From Oligoflexales bacterium (GTDB taxonomy: Bacteria; Bdellovibrionota_B; Oligoflexia; Oligoflexales; RGVZ01): a stretch of DNA of 64,000 bases. Made by a program: the position numbers and the translations under genes. This document shows positions 47,033 through 54,750 of this stretch, one piece after another. The notes beneath the pieces were generated by a model, which worked only from the letters and a program-made list of their open reading frames with translations, searched no databases and was not told the DNA's origin. The stretch is taken from the NCBI GenBank assembly GCA_947494335.1, contig CANLUT010000003.1:22682-86681 (forward strand). Direction: 5' to 3'. How positions within the stretch are numbered: position 1 is the first letter of the stretch; each line of letters opens with the position of its first letter.

Positions 47033-47835
47033 TGGATCGTGCTCCGTCGATTTTTATCAGTCACGGTGCTCCATCCGTATTGACGGAAACCGGTCCGTGG
47101 CAGTTAGCGCTGGAGATGATCGGTCGGGACATAAGTCCCCGCGCTGTGGTTGTGATGTCGGCCCATTGGCGAAGCCGCACTGGATTTGATGTGGGATTTC
47201 AGCCGCAGTTTGACACAATTCATGACTTTTCTGGATTTTCTGATTCACTGCAGCAATTCAAGTACCCTGCCAAGGGTCATCAGGACTTGGCTCAGCAATG
47301 TGTTGACCTTTTAAATGGCGCAGCTTTTAGCTCAAGTTTGGATCTATCGAGGGGATTAGATCACGGCTCTTTTGTGCCCCTTCATTTCATGTGGCCAAAG
47401 GCTGACGTTCCCGTTGTTCCTGTGGCGATTTCCGCTAAGGCAACGCCGCAGGACGTGTTTCGTGTGGGAGAAATTTTAGCGCCTTTGCGTCAAGATGGTG
47501 TTTTAGTCCTTGGAAGTGGTGGCATGGTCCACAATTTAGGCTCAATCGAGTGGCAAAAGCCGTCTGACAGCTCGCCAGACACGTGGGCGGCAGAGTTTGA
47601 GGATTGGGTGATAAAGGCTTTATCGGACCGAGATTTTTCAGCGCTCTGTGATTTCCGTGATGTGGCGCCTCATGGCAAGGAGGCGCATCCGACTTGGGAA
47701 CACTTTGCACCTCTTGTTTTTGCTGCTGGCGCTGCAAGCGCCTGGGATGAGGAGCTTCAGGAGCTTTATCGAGGCTGGGCTTTTGGTAATTTAAGTATGT
47801 CTTGTGTTGGATTTGGAGTTGAACATTTAAATTAG
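47032..47835 (+). CDS. ygiD: class III extradiol dioxygenase (YgiD / 4,5-DOPA dioxygenase family)
   Basis: IFISHGAPS, VVMSAHW and VLGSGGMVHNL. TAATG overlap with the prfC stop. Confidence 0.8.
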   Translation: MDRAPSIFISHGAPSVLTETGPWQLALEMIGRDISPRAVVVMSAHWRSRTGFDVGFQPQFDTIHDFSGFSDSLQQFKYPAKGHQDLAQQCVDLLNGAAFSSSLDLSRGLDHGSFVPLHFMWPKADVPVVPVAISAKATPQDVFRVGEILAPLRQDGVLVLGSGGMVHNLGSIEWQKPSDSSPDTWAAEFEDWVIKALSDRDFSALCDFRDVAPHGKEAHPTWEHFAPLVFAAGAASAWDEELQELYRGWAFGNLSMSCVGFGVEHLN

Positions 47836-47850
47836 ACTTGGAGCGCGTCG

Positions 47851-48639
47851 ATGAACTTGTTTTCCGCTAAAAGTAAACATACGGTCATTGGAATGCTGCA
47901 TCTTCCTCCGCTTCCGGGGTCTCCGCAGTATGCAGGAGACTGGAAGAAAGACCTGCAAAAGGTTTTGGATGATGCGAAAGCATTAACCGAGGGCGGCGTT
48001 CACGCGCTTATGATGGAAAATTTTGGTGATGTGCCGTTTTTCCCGGGTCGAGTCCCATCTGACGTTGTTGCCTTGATGACCGCAATTGCTTGTGACGTTA
48101 AACGTGCAAGTCCGCTCCCTCTGGGGATTAACGTGCTACGTAATGATGGACTCAGCGCTTTATCGATTGCGTTGGCCGCTGAGGCGTCATTTATCAGGGT
48201 GAATGTACTCAGTGGTGCGCGCGTCACTGATCAGGGTGTCATTCAAGGTATTGCTCACGAGTTGCTGAGGTCAAGATCAAGCCTTGCTGCCGGGCATATA
48301 AAAATTCTTGCGGACGTTGATGTAAAGCACTCTGCGCCGCTGGCGCCGCGTCCGGTTGAAGACGAAGTGGAAGACACCGTAAAGCGTGGCTTGGCTGATG
48401 CCGTGATTGTATCAGGAGCTGGGACCGGTAAGGGTGTTGATCCGGCAAAGCTTGCTAAGATTGCAAAGGCTGCTTTGGGTGTGCCGGTGCTTCTTGGTAG
48501 TGGTGTGACGGAATCAAACATTGCTCAACTAAAAGAACTGGCCACGGGCTTTATTGTCGGCACGTCCTTGAAGTTTGATGGCGATGTGCGAAAGCCTGTT
48601 GACGTGGCAAGAGTGCGCCGATTGGTGGCGGCACTCTAG
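47851..48639 (+). CDS. BtpA/SgcQ-family TIM-barrel protein
   Basis: VIGMLHLPPLPGSPQY, ENFGDVPF and INVLRND are characteristic of the BtpA family. TGGAG SD. Confidence 0.75.
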   Translation: MNLFSAKSKHTVIGMLHLPPLPGSPQYAGDWKKDLQKVLDDAKALTEGGVHALMMENFGDVPFFPGRVPSDVVALMTAIACDVKRASPLPLGINVLRNDGLSALSIALAAEASFIRVNVLSGARVTDQGVIQGIAHELLRSRSSLAAGHIKILADVDVKHSAPLAPRPVEDEVEDTVKRGLADAVIVSGAGTGKGVDPAKLAKIAKAALGVPVLLGSGVTESNIAQLKELATGFIVGTSLKFDGDVRKPVDVARVRRLVAAL

Positions 48640-48664
48640 CTGCTCATTTAATTCGGATTTTGAA

Positions 48665-49444
48665 TTAAAGGGAGTCGAGTGCGTCTTGTAGCACTCGTCT
48701 CACCGAAGCTGGATCATATCCTGGCTTAACGATTACATCGATACTCGCTGGTGCGCTGTCTAGTCTGAAGCGATCTGTTTGCTCTGGGATGCCTAGTCGA
48801 CAGCTGACGAGATTCCCAGAAGCATCAAACTGAGCTGTCAAAGATTCTCCGGCATAACCTGTGTTGAAGGTCATGACGGTATTAAAACCGTCGCCAGATT
48901 CAACAAGTGCAACAGTCACGCCGTCTCCTTGTGAGAAACGGTCAAGGTGAGCGGTTGTCCGGTCGGCAGACCTTTCAATGTAAAAAGAATAAAAGTTGCC
49001 CGGACCGATGTCCGTACGAATTGTAATCGGAAATTCGGTACGCGAGCCATCGTTGCGATAAAGAGTTGTTCCCGAGCGAAGATACTGACCGTTGCTGTAG
49101 TAGAAGGTGGATCCTGAGCGAAGGTATTGACCGTTCTCATAGTACCAGCTGCTACCCACACGCAGGTATTGGCCATTTGCATAGTAAAGAGATGATCCAG
49201 ATTTAAAGTATTGCCCGTTAGAGTGATAGAAGGTGCTACCAGATTTTAAAGATTGGCCATTGGCATGATAGAGGCTACTACCCATCGAAACAGTCTGGCC
49301 GTTATTGTAGTAAAAACGATTACCGGATTTTAGCGTCTGTCCGTTGGAATATTGAAGCTGACTTGGACACTGGCTAGCCTCGACGATTGGTGCATGAAAT
49401 AGACTGACTACCAGAAATAGACTTGAGATTAATTGCAGCTTCAT
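48665..49444 (-). CDS. secreted protein with about eight tandem 14-residue YxNGQxL[KR]SGSxF repeats
   Basis: Start moved to ATG 49444 (GGAG SD; signal peptide MKLQLISSLFLVVSLFHAPIVEA). The repeats run QYSNGQTLKSGNRF / YYNNGQTVSMGSSL / ... / YYSNGQYLRSGTTL. A unique C-terminal domain of about 135 aa follows. Confidence 0.7.
   Translation of the reverse strand: MKLQLISSLFLVVSLFHAPIVEASQCPSQLQYSNGQTLKSGNRFYYNNGQTVSMGSSLYHANGQSLKSGSTFYHSNGQYFKSGSSLYYANGQYLRVGSSWYYENGQYLRSGSTFYYSNGQYLRSGTTLYRNDGSRTEFPITIRTDIGPGNFYSFYIERSADRTTAHLDRFSQGDGVTVALVESGDGFNTVMTFNTGYAGESLTAQFDASGNLVSCRLGIPEQTDRFRLDSAPASIDVIVKPGYDPASVRRVLQDALDSL
49031..49354 (-). repeat. degenerate 42-bp tandem repeat array (coding, 7 full units plus 1 partial)
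   Basis: Period-14-aa repeats spanning residues 31 to about 138 of the 48665-49444 product. The YxNGQ motif recalls MORN-variant/YwqK-type repeats, but the period is shorter. Confidence 0.8.
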
Positions 49445-49523
49445 GGGTACTCCGTACAAAATCTGATTCGAGACATAGTACAAGAGTAGCAAAGCGAGAA
49501 TTAATAAAGCAACGCGTAAAAAT

Positions 49524-49540
49524 GACGCAGGGGCTGCGCC
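49524..49540 (-). terminator. probable terminator of the 49544-50512 gene
   Basis: On the minus strand, ggcgcag-ccc-ctgcgtc (7-bp stem including one G-U pair) is followed by attttta, starting 3 nt after the stop codon. Confidence 0.45.
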
Positions 49541-49543
49541 TGA

Positions 49544-50512
49544 TCATGATTCCGTAAAGGGCGCCTTAGCTGCCAGCGAGATGTCGCAGCCGCCCATCCA
49601 TGTGACGAGATCCTGGTACTCCTGCTGTGCCGCTTTGAGAAAATTGCCACGACGCGTTGCGAGTATCAGTGTGTTCTTCGGAGTGGCATGGGACATTGTA
49701 AATTCAGTTGTGGTGACTTCGTAGCCGTGACCACGAAGGATTAGAACGCGCGCAAGATCCGTCAGATGGGAGGCAAGTTCGCGACGAAGATGGGGGTTGT
49801 GGTAGGCCGGTTTTAATGGATTGTTGACCCCCAGATCAGCAAACTCGCGCCATTTCTTAGCGAGCTCAGCCTGACAGCAGGGGGCAACAGCAATGAAGTC
49901 TGCTTTTAACTTAATGCCGAGGGCAATGGCGTCATCAGTGGCTGTATCGCAAGCGTGAAGCGCGACAACGGCGTGGGGACGAAGCTTCTTGGAGTCTGAG
50001 TTGACCTCGATTGCCTGCTCTCCGCTCATAATTTTCTGCCAGTCAGTGTCAGCGATGGAAGAGGTGAAGAATTTGACAGCGTCACTTACTCCCATGTCAT
50101 GGGCGGTATGGCTATTTTTTGTAATCAGCGTTTCATTTGAGTCTACGCCAATGATCAGGTGTGGGTGCTTCCACACCTCTTGGTAGGCCCAGGCGAGAAG
50201 AAACGTTAGAAATGAACTTCCGCAACCAGCGTCCAGGACGCGAACCTGTCCATGACGCTTATTGAGTTCCTCCAGGTAAGGTCGAAACTGAGTCAGCAAG
50301 TGATTGACCTGAATGAATTTTCTCGTAGCGTCTGCTGACATGGAGGCGTCTTTGTTGAGAAGTCCAAGGGCTCTCAGTAGCAGTGGTGCGTTTGTCGGGA
50401 GAACATGGTACTTATGCCCAGCGGTGATCTTCTGTAGGCGTTCAGGGGTCCAATAAGCCTTTGCTTTTTGGATGAAGGTTCGTGACTGCTCTGACAAACT
50501 AGAAGACATCAA
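49544..50512 (-). CDS. class I SAM-dependent methyltransferase (Methyltransf_32-like)
   Basis: VLDAGCGSSFLTFLLA (motif I), LHACDTATDDA and VAPCCQAE, a pattern typical of the PF13679-type family. Confidence 0.65.
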   Translation of the reverse strand: MMSSSLSEQSRTFIQKAKAYWTPERLQKITAGHKYHVLPTNAPLLLRALGLLNKDASMSADATRKFIQVNHLLTQFRPYLEELNKRHGQVRVLDAGCGSSFLTFLLAWAYQEVWKHPHLIIGVDSNETLITKNSHTAHDMGVSDAVKFFTSSIADTDWQKIMSGEQAIEVNSDSKKLRPHAVVALHACDTATDDAIALGIKLKADFIAVAPCCQAELAKKWREFADLGVNNPLKPAYHNPHLRRELASHLTDLARVLILRGHGYEVTTTEFTMSHATPKNTLILATRRGNFLKAAQQEYQDLVTWMGGCDISLAAKAPFTES

Positions 50513-50549
50513 AAAACTCTTTCATTGTTGGGACTAGAGGGCCTTTGCA

Positions 50550-51596
50550 TTGATGATCATGCCAGTAGATTTACCCCCATTAGTGCGCTTAAAGCAGCTG
50601 GAATTACTGGCCGAACTTGGGATTCATGCTGGCGACGCACCGAGGATTGCCAAGGCCGTCATGGCCATGTCGGACTTCTATGCGAAGCATCCGGAAAAGT
50701 CCAGTCCCTGGTCTGAGTCGTGGGCTAAGGTGGCATATCTGGCCTACTACATGCCCTTAAACTGGTGGCGCCTTTGTGGTGTCACGACCCGTGGTCAGCA
50801 ATTGAAGTTTTTTGACGGATTTGAGCATTACATAGATTTTGGTAGCGGTCTCGGTAGCGCAGGCTTGGCATTCGATCATCATGATCTGACTTTTAAAAGT
50901 GCTCTGTGTGTCGAGAGGTCGACCGAGGCCATAGCGTTTCACCGTAAACTGGTGACGGAATCCAAGACAGTGATCGATTGGAGCAAAGACGTCGATGGAC
51001 GAGACGTCAAACCAAAAACTTTGGCAGTTTTTTCGTACTCATTTACTGAGCTTGAGCGACTTCCCCCATGGGTTGATCACTGCGATGGTCTAATGATTGT
51101 TGAACCATCGACCAAAGATGACTCAAGACGCTTGCAGGCGTTGAGAACTGAGCTGCTTGAAAAGGGTTGGCATGTGTGGGGGCCTTGTACTCACGCCAAG
51201 CCGTGTCCTCTATTAACTCATAGTGAGCGTGACTGGTGCCATGACCGATTCACATGGCAACAACCAGATTGGCTAAAAGCAATCGAGCAGCACATGCCAA
51301 TTAAAAACGGCACGCTGCCCTGCTCCTGGCTCATGATGCGCCGTGACAAGTCTAGCCTTGAGACTACAAATCTCGCTCGTGTCACGGGTGACTTGCAGGA
51401 GTTCAAAGGCTTTGCAAAGCAGCTGATCTGCCGCGGTGAGAATCGCGAGTTTGTTGCGTGGCAAAAAAAGCACTTCAAGAAATCTTATCCCATAATTCCA
51501 AGGGGAGAACTTATAGCGCTAAAAGATCATCTTGAGCTTAAAAATAACGAGGTTAGAGCGAGCTCGGCAGAGGATGTTTTTTTAGTATCGATTTAG
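50550..51596 (+). CDS. Rsm22-like small-subunit methyltransferase family protein
   Basis: YMPLNWWR, DFGSGLGSAGLA (SAM motif) and the Cys cluster GPCTHAKPCPLL...RDWCHDRF, characteristic of Rsm22-family proteins. Start is TTG 50550 or ATG 50553. Confidence 0.6.
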   Translation: MMIMPVDLPPLVRLKQLELLAELGIHAGDAPRIAKAVMAMSDFYAKHPEKSSPWSESWAKVAYLAYYMPLNWWRLCGVTTRGQQLKFFDGFEHYIDFGSGLGSAGLAFDHHDLTFKSALCVERSTEAIAFHRKLVTESKTVIDWSKDVDGRDVKPKTLAVFSYSFTELERLPPWVDHCDGLMIVEPSTKDDSRRLQALRTELLEKGWHVWGPCTHAKPCPLLTHSERDWCHDRFTWQQPDWLKAIEQHMPIKNGTLPCSWLMMRRDKSSLETTNLARVTGDLQEFKGFAKQLICRGENREFVAWQKKHFKKSYPIIPRGELIALKDHLELKNNEVRASSAEDVFLVSI

Positions 51597-51652
51597 CGCT
51601 CGAGTCTCATTGCTAAGAGTTGCTGGCATGCAAGATCTGCAGAATAACAAAA

Positions 51653-51678
51653 CCCCCAGTAGATTTCTCTAACGGGGC
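51653..51678 (-). terminator. terminator downstream of the 5S-like segment
   Basis: On the minus strand, CCCCGT-(11-nt loop)-AC(T)GGGG is followed by TTTTGTTATT. Confidence 0.5.
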
Positions 51679-51690
51679 TTCGATTTAATA

Positions 51691-51793
51691 GGCTGGATCG
51701 TGCTACTCTCCCACACTTAAAATTGCAGTACCATCACCGCTGACAAGCTTGACCTCCGTGTTCGGGATGGGAGCGGGTATTTCCTCGTCGCTC
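51691..51793 (-). rRNA. rrf: 5S rRNA-homologous segment, apparently lacking the 5' strand of helix I (partial or orphan rrf)
   Basis: The minus strand reads GGAGCGACGAGGAAATACCCGCTCCCATCCCGAACACGGAGGTCAAGCTTGTCAGCGGTGATGGTACTGCAATTTTAAGTGTGGGAGAGTAGCACGATCCAGCC, matching the universal 5S blocks (CCCATCCCGAACACGGA, GATGGTACT, GGGAGAGTAG). Helix II pairs (GCGACGAG with CTTGTC-A-GC). The sequence upstream of 51793 is not complementary to the 3' strand CACGATCCAGCC, and no 23S sequence is adjacent. Confidence 0.7.
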
Positions 51794-51795
51794 CG

Positions 51796-52113
51796 CTACT
51801 GTACATTTATAACAAACTCTTTCGTGAACTGGGTTCCAGCCGCATCACGTACCGCGTTTGTGATATCCGTGTTATTACTGTTAATCAGCCAACTGGTGGT
51901 CAAAACAACCTTGAGCTTATAGGTACCAGGGAGCGCTGGGGCAACATAATTGTAGCTATAGCCATCGAAGAGACCAGTCCTGTTCAAGGTACCACCAGTG
52001 ACGGACCAATTATAATCGGTATGTGAGCCGTAAATGTTCGCCAGGTCATATGAAGAGCATTTACCGATTTCATTGCATGAATTGCCTATTGAAATACCAA
52101 AGATCCAGGTCAT
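51796..52113 (-). pseudogene. Ig/PKD-like domain ORF fragment (possible gene remnant)
   Basis: 105 aa with no signal peptide or SD. YNWSVTGGTL...YVAPALPGTYKLKV resembles bacterial Ig-like/PKD modules, which normally occur inside large exported proteins. An in-frame stop lies immediately upstream, and the stop codon abuts the 5S-like segment. Confidence 0.4.
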
Positions 52114-52404
52114 TCAGGTCTGGCATGAGCGGCACCACCGTGATGCCGCTCATGCATGGCTTCGTCAGGTGATTCAGCGGGTTTGTCAGACTCTTTAGCT
52201 TGACGACCAGCCGAATGCTTTAATTTCATCGAAAGGGTTCGGCATCTTCATCCGTGGCCACACCTCTCGCTCAATTCCGTCAGTCTTCTGTAGTGCACGC
52301 CGAGAGCCGCATGATTGACAACAAATTTTGATTGTTGCATTTGTACAGAGCGTCCTTATTACGTCATTGGCACTGCGTGAGAATAGACAGATCAGGTCAT
52401 AAAA

Positions 52405-53688
52405 TTAAAATGTAAAATTATAATGAAGCAAATCAAAGTAAGTCTGCCCAACATTGTCTCCGTAAAGGTACGGCGAAACATATTTTAACGTCGGAGAAAA
52501 ATACTTCATAACGCGAACACCAGCCCCGCCTTCGTACCGGATTGACCTTAGATGTTCGTATGCCTCGCTGGCGATCTGACGAACTGCACGGAGTTCCATC
52601 CCATACTCCCAGTATTCCGGCTTAATGACGTGAACAACATTCCATCTGAGTCCAACTTCATCCATTATTTTGCTCTTTTCAGCAGAAATCGAACAAAGTC
52701 CCCGAGCGACTCCCCATCCAGTCGAGTAAATTGGGTGTGAGAGTCCAATCTCTCCCGCCAATGAAAAAAATCGTCCCTCTGGCTGATTGATGTATTCAAG
52801 ATTCTCAATTGAGTTACGTGTTACACGGTGAATCGCGATATGAACGTCTTTGCCCCCTTTATTACCGATATCGTTGTAACCAACAGATATCTGAGCGCGA
52901 ATGGGAAGGCTGGCAATAACGGATGTTGTCGCAAATGATGTCTTAAGTTCCGTCCAATCTGCATATCGACCGACAGGCTTCTTAAGATCTGGAACGTTGA
53001 ACTCGGGCTTAAAAGAAGGCGTCAACAGACGCCAATAACCTACAGTTTCAATGCTCAGCCAATCCCAGGTCCTCAGTATGCCAAACTTCAAGCTCGCCGT
53101 GAGTAGTTTGTCCGTATTCCCTGTCACGTCATTATAAATAGGATGAATATATGCCCCTTCGGGAATCAAAAATAAATTACTCGACTCGCCAATGGCGCCC
53201 TGTCCACTTGCACGCAAAAATCTTTGATGAGTTGCCTGCAGAATGTCTTCTTCACGAGATGATTTTTCCGAGTTCGACGCAGATCCATAAGCTCCCAATG
53301 CCGCCGCCCAAGCTAAGCCGGTCACCGCATTGCCAAACGTACGGGCGTAAGGCTTTCTCATCGCATCTGCAACCAGCATTCCTCCAAGCCCGGCTAGTCC
53401 TAAATAGAGACCATTCCACTTGATGGAGTCATACATTAACTTCTGATTTTTTTGGCTTTCAACATAATCGTGTAGTCTAGATTCATTGGTAGCATCCCTG
53501 GCATCATTATGGATCGGATTCCCCTCGGTATTTGCTAAAAAAACAGACGACTCAGACTGAATACTGGGTTGAGTAACCGCCTGTGCTGCGAGCCCAGGTA
53601 AAACTGCTAAAATCAAGACACATGCTGCCAACTGCTGCAATCGAAGTCGGCCGTTTAGCCTGATTAAAAAACTAGATGACATACTCAT
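52405..53688 (-). CDS. outer-membrane beta-barrel protein, possibly LpxR/DUF2219-like, with an N-terminal extension
   Basis: Leader ...LAACVLILAVLPGLAAQA. The C-terminal 250 aa or so show an alternating pattern ending ...LLHYNFTF (terminal Phe). IYNDVTGNTDKLLTASLKFG loosely recalls the LpxR NDxF..D..YT motif. The family call is weak. Confidence 0.5.
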   Translation of the reverse strand: MSMSSSFLIRLNGRLRLQQLAACVLILAVLPGLAAQAVTQPSIQSESSVFLANTEGNPIHNDARDATNESRLHDYVESQKNQKLMYDSIKWNGLYLGLAGLGGMLVADAMRKPYARTFGNAVTGLAWAAALGAYGSASNSEKSSREEDILQATHQRFLRASGQGAIGESSNLFLIPEGAYIHPIYNDVTGNTDKLLTASLKFGILRTWDWLSIETVGYWRLLTPSFKPEFNVPDLKKPVGRYADWTELKTSFATTSVIASLPIRAQISVGYNDIGNKGGKDVHIAIHRVTRNSIENLEYINQPEGRFFSLAGEIGLSHPIYSTGWGVARGLCSISAEKSKIMDEVGLRWNVVHVIKPEYWEYGMELRAVRQIASEAYEHLRSIRYEGGAGVRVMKYFSPTLKYVSPYLYGDNVGQTYFDLLHYNFTF

Positions 53689-53919
53689 TTTCCAAATAAG
53701 TTTTGAATTTAATTATAAGAGCTGTACTGTTTATTTGCACTATTCGGCGTTAATATTGAATGGTGACCATCGGCAGAGACTGCTACTTAATGAGTCATGA
53801 TCACACGCTGCCGGCACTAACGTGATCGACATCTTGGTCACAATAAATATTTTTTTCAAAAATATCTGCGAATCCGTGCTGACGCCTAAACTCTGCGGCA
53901 ATGCCTGTTTGGCTGTGCC

Positions 53920-54750
53920 TTACGGCTCCAAATAGGTCGCAGCCGTTTCCAAAGTTTGTTTGATCGTGTCATAGCTTTTTGCCACTGACTTCAAAACATC
54001 TGTGTGCTCAACTCCGGAACCGCCAGACTCATTGGTCACAAAACTACAGGCAAAAACTTTTTGCCCACACATTCTCGCGGCAATGGTTTCTTGCACGGTA
54101 CTCATGCCCGCAAGATCAGCTCCCATGATACGTAGCATTTTTGCTTCGGCAGGAGTTTCAAATGTTGGTCCAGCCATGCCAGCGTAAACTCCAGATTCAA
54201 TGCCAACACTGCGGCACACATGCTCACGCCAGGCTGAGTTATAGGCATCGACCATCTCTACAAACTGATGCCTAAGATCATTTGTTGCAGCTCCAGCGAC
54301 ATTTTGGCCCATAAGGTTCAAGTGATCAGATAATGCAATGATGGATCCCTGCTTGGCTTTTGCTGAAATGCCGCCAGCCGCGTTGGTGAGAATAATTGAT
54401 TTGATACCCATCTCATGGGCCATAAAGATCGGAAGACAAGTGGAGTGAGCCGAATAGCCTTCATAGAGGTGGATTCGACCTGTTGCAATCAAGGCGTCTA
54501 CTTTTTTAGTTCCGACCGTAATGCGTGTGCCGATCAGTTTTGTTCCATGTCCTTCAACCTTAGGGCAGGGATAGCTTGGAACGTCGGACATTGGAATTTC
54601 AATACGAGTCGACCATTCTTTTACAACGTCACGAAAGCCTGAGCCTAAAACCATAAAGACTTTCGGATTTAGGTCTGCGTGCCTAAGTCTAGGTGCTAGA
54701 TACGTGGCGGCCTGTTTCGCCTTGTAGGCAAAGTTCAAGGTAGTCGTCAT
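53920..54750 (-). CDS. punA: purine nucleoside phosphorylase (trimeric PunA/PNP-I type)
   Basis: Start moved to ATG 54750 (AAGGGGG SD). FMVLGSGF, NAAGGI and GPTFETPAEAKMLRIMGADLAGMSTVQE. Confidence 0.85.
   Translation of the reverse strand: MTTTLNFAYKAKQAATYLAPRLRHADLNPKVFMVLGSGFRDVVKEWSTRIEIPMSDVPSYPCPKVEGHGTKLIGTRITVGTKKVDALIATGRIHLYEGYSAHSTCLPIFMAHEMGIKSIILTNAAGGISAKAKQGSIIALSDHLNLMGQNVAGAATNDLRHQFVEMVDAYNSAWREHVCRSVGIESGVYAGMAGPTFETPAEAKMLRIMGADLAGMSTVQETIAARMCGQKVFACSFVTNESGGSGVEHTDVLKSVAKSYDTIKQTLETAATYLEP

Noticed and set aside
49031-49354. Periodic DNA repeats (also at 5352-5408 and 59309-60352), considered as a possible CRISPR array or mobile-element repeats.
   Set aside because: All are in-frame coding repeats within long ORFs. 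They have no spacer-repeat architecture and no cas, transposase or integrase genes nearby.
51691-51810. Calling this a complete, functional 5S rRNA gene.
   Set aside because: I could not pair any upstream sequence with the 3' strand of helix I, and there is no adjacent 23S. It is therefore reported as a partial or orphan copy pending a covariance-model check.
53764-53771. GCCGATGG on the minus strand upstream of the 52405-53688 gene, as a FliA -10 box.
   Set aside because: No TAAA-type -35 lies at the 12-nt spacing seen in P1-P3.
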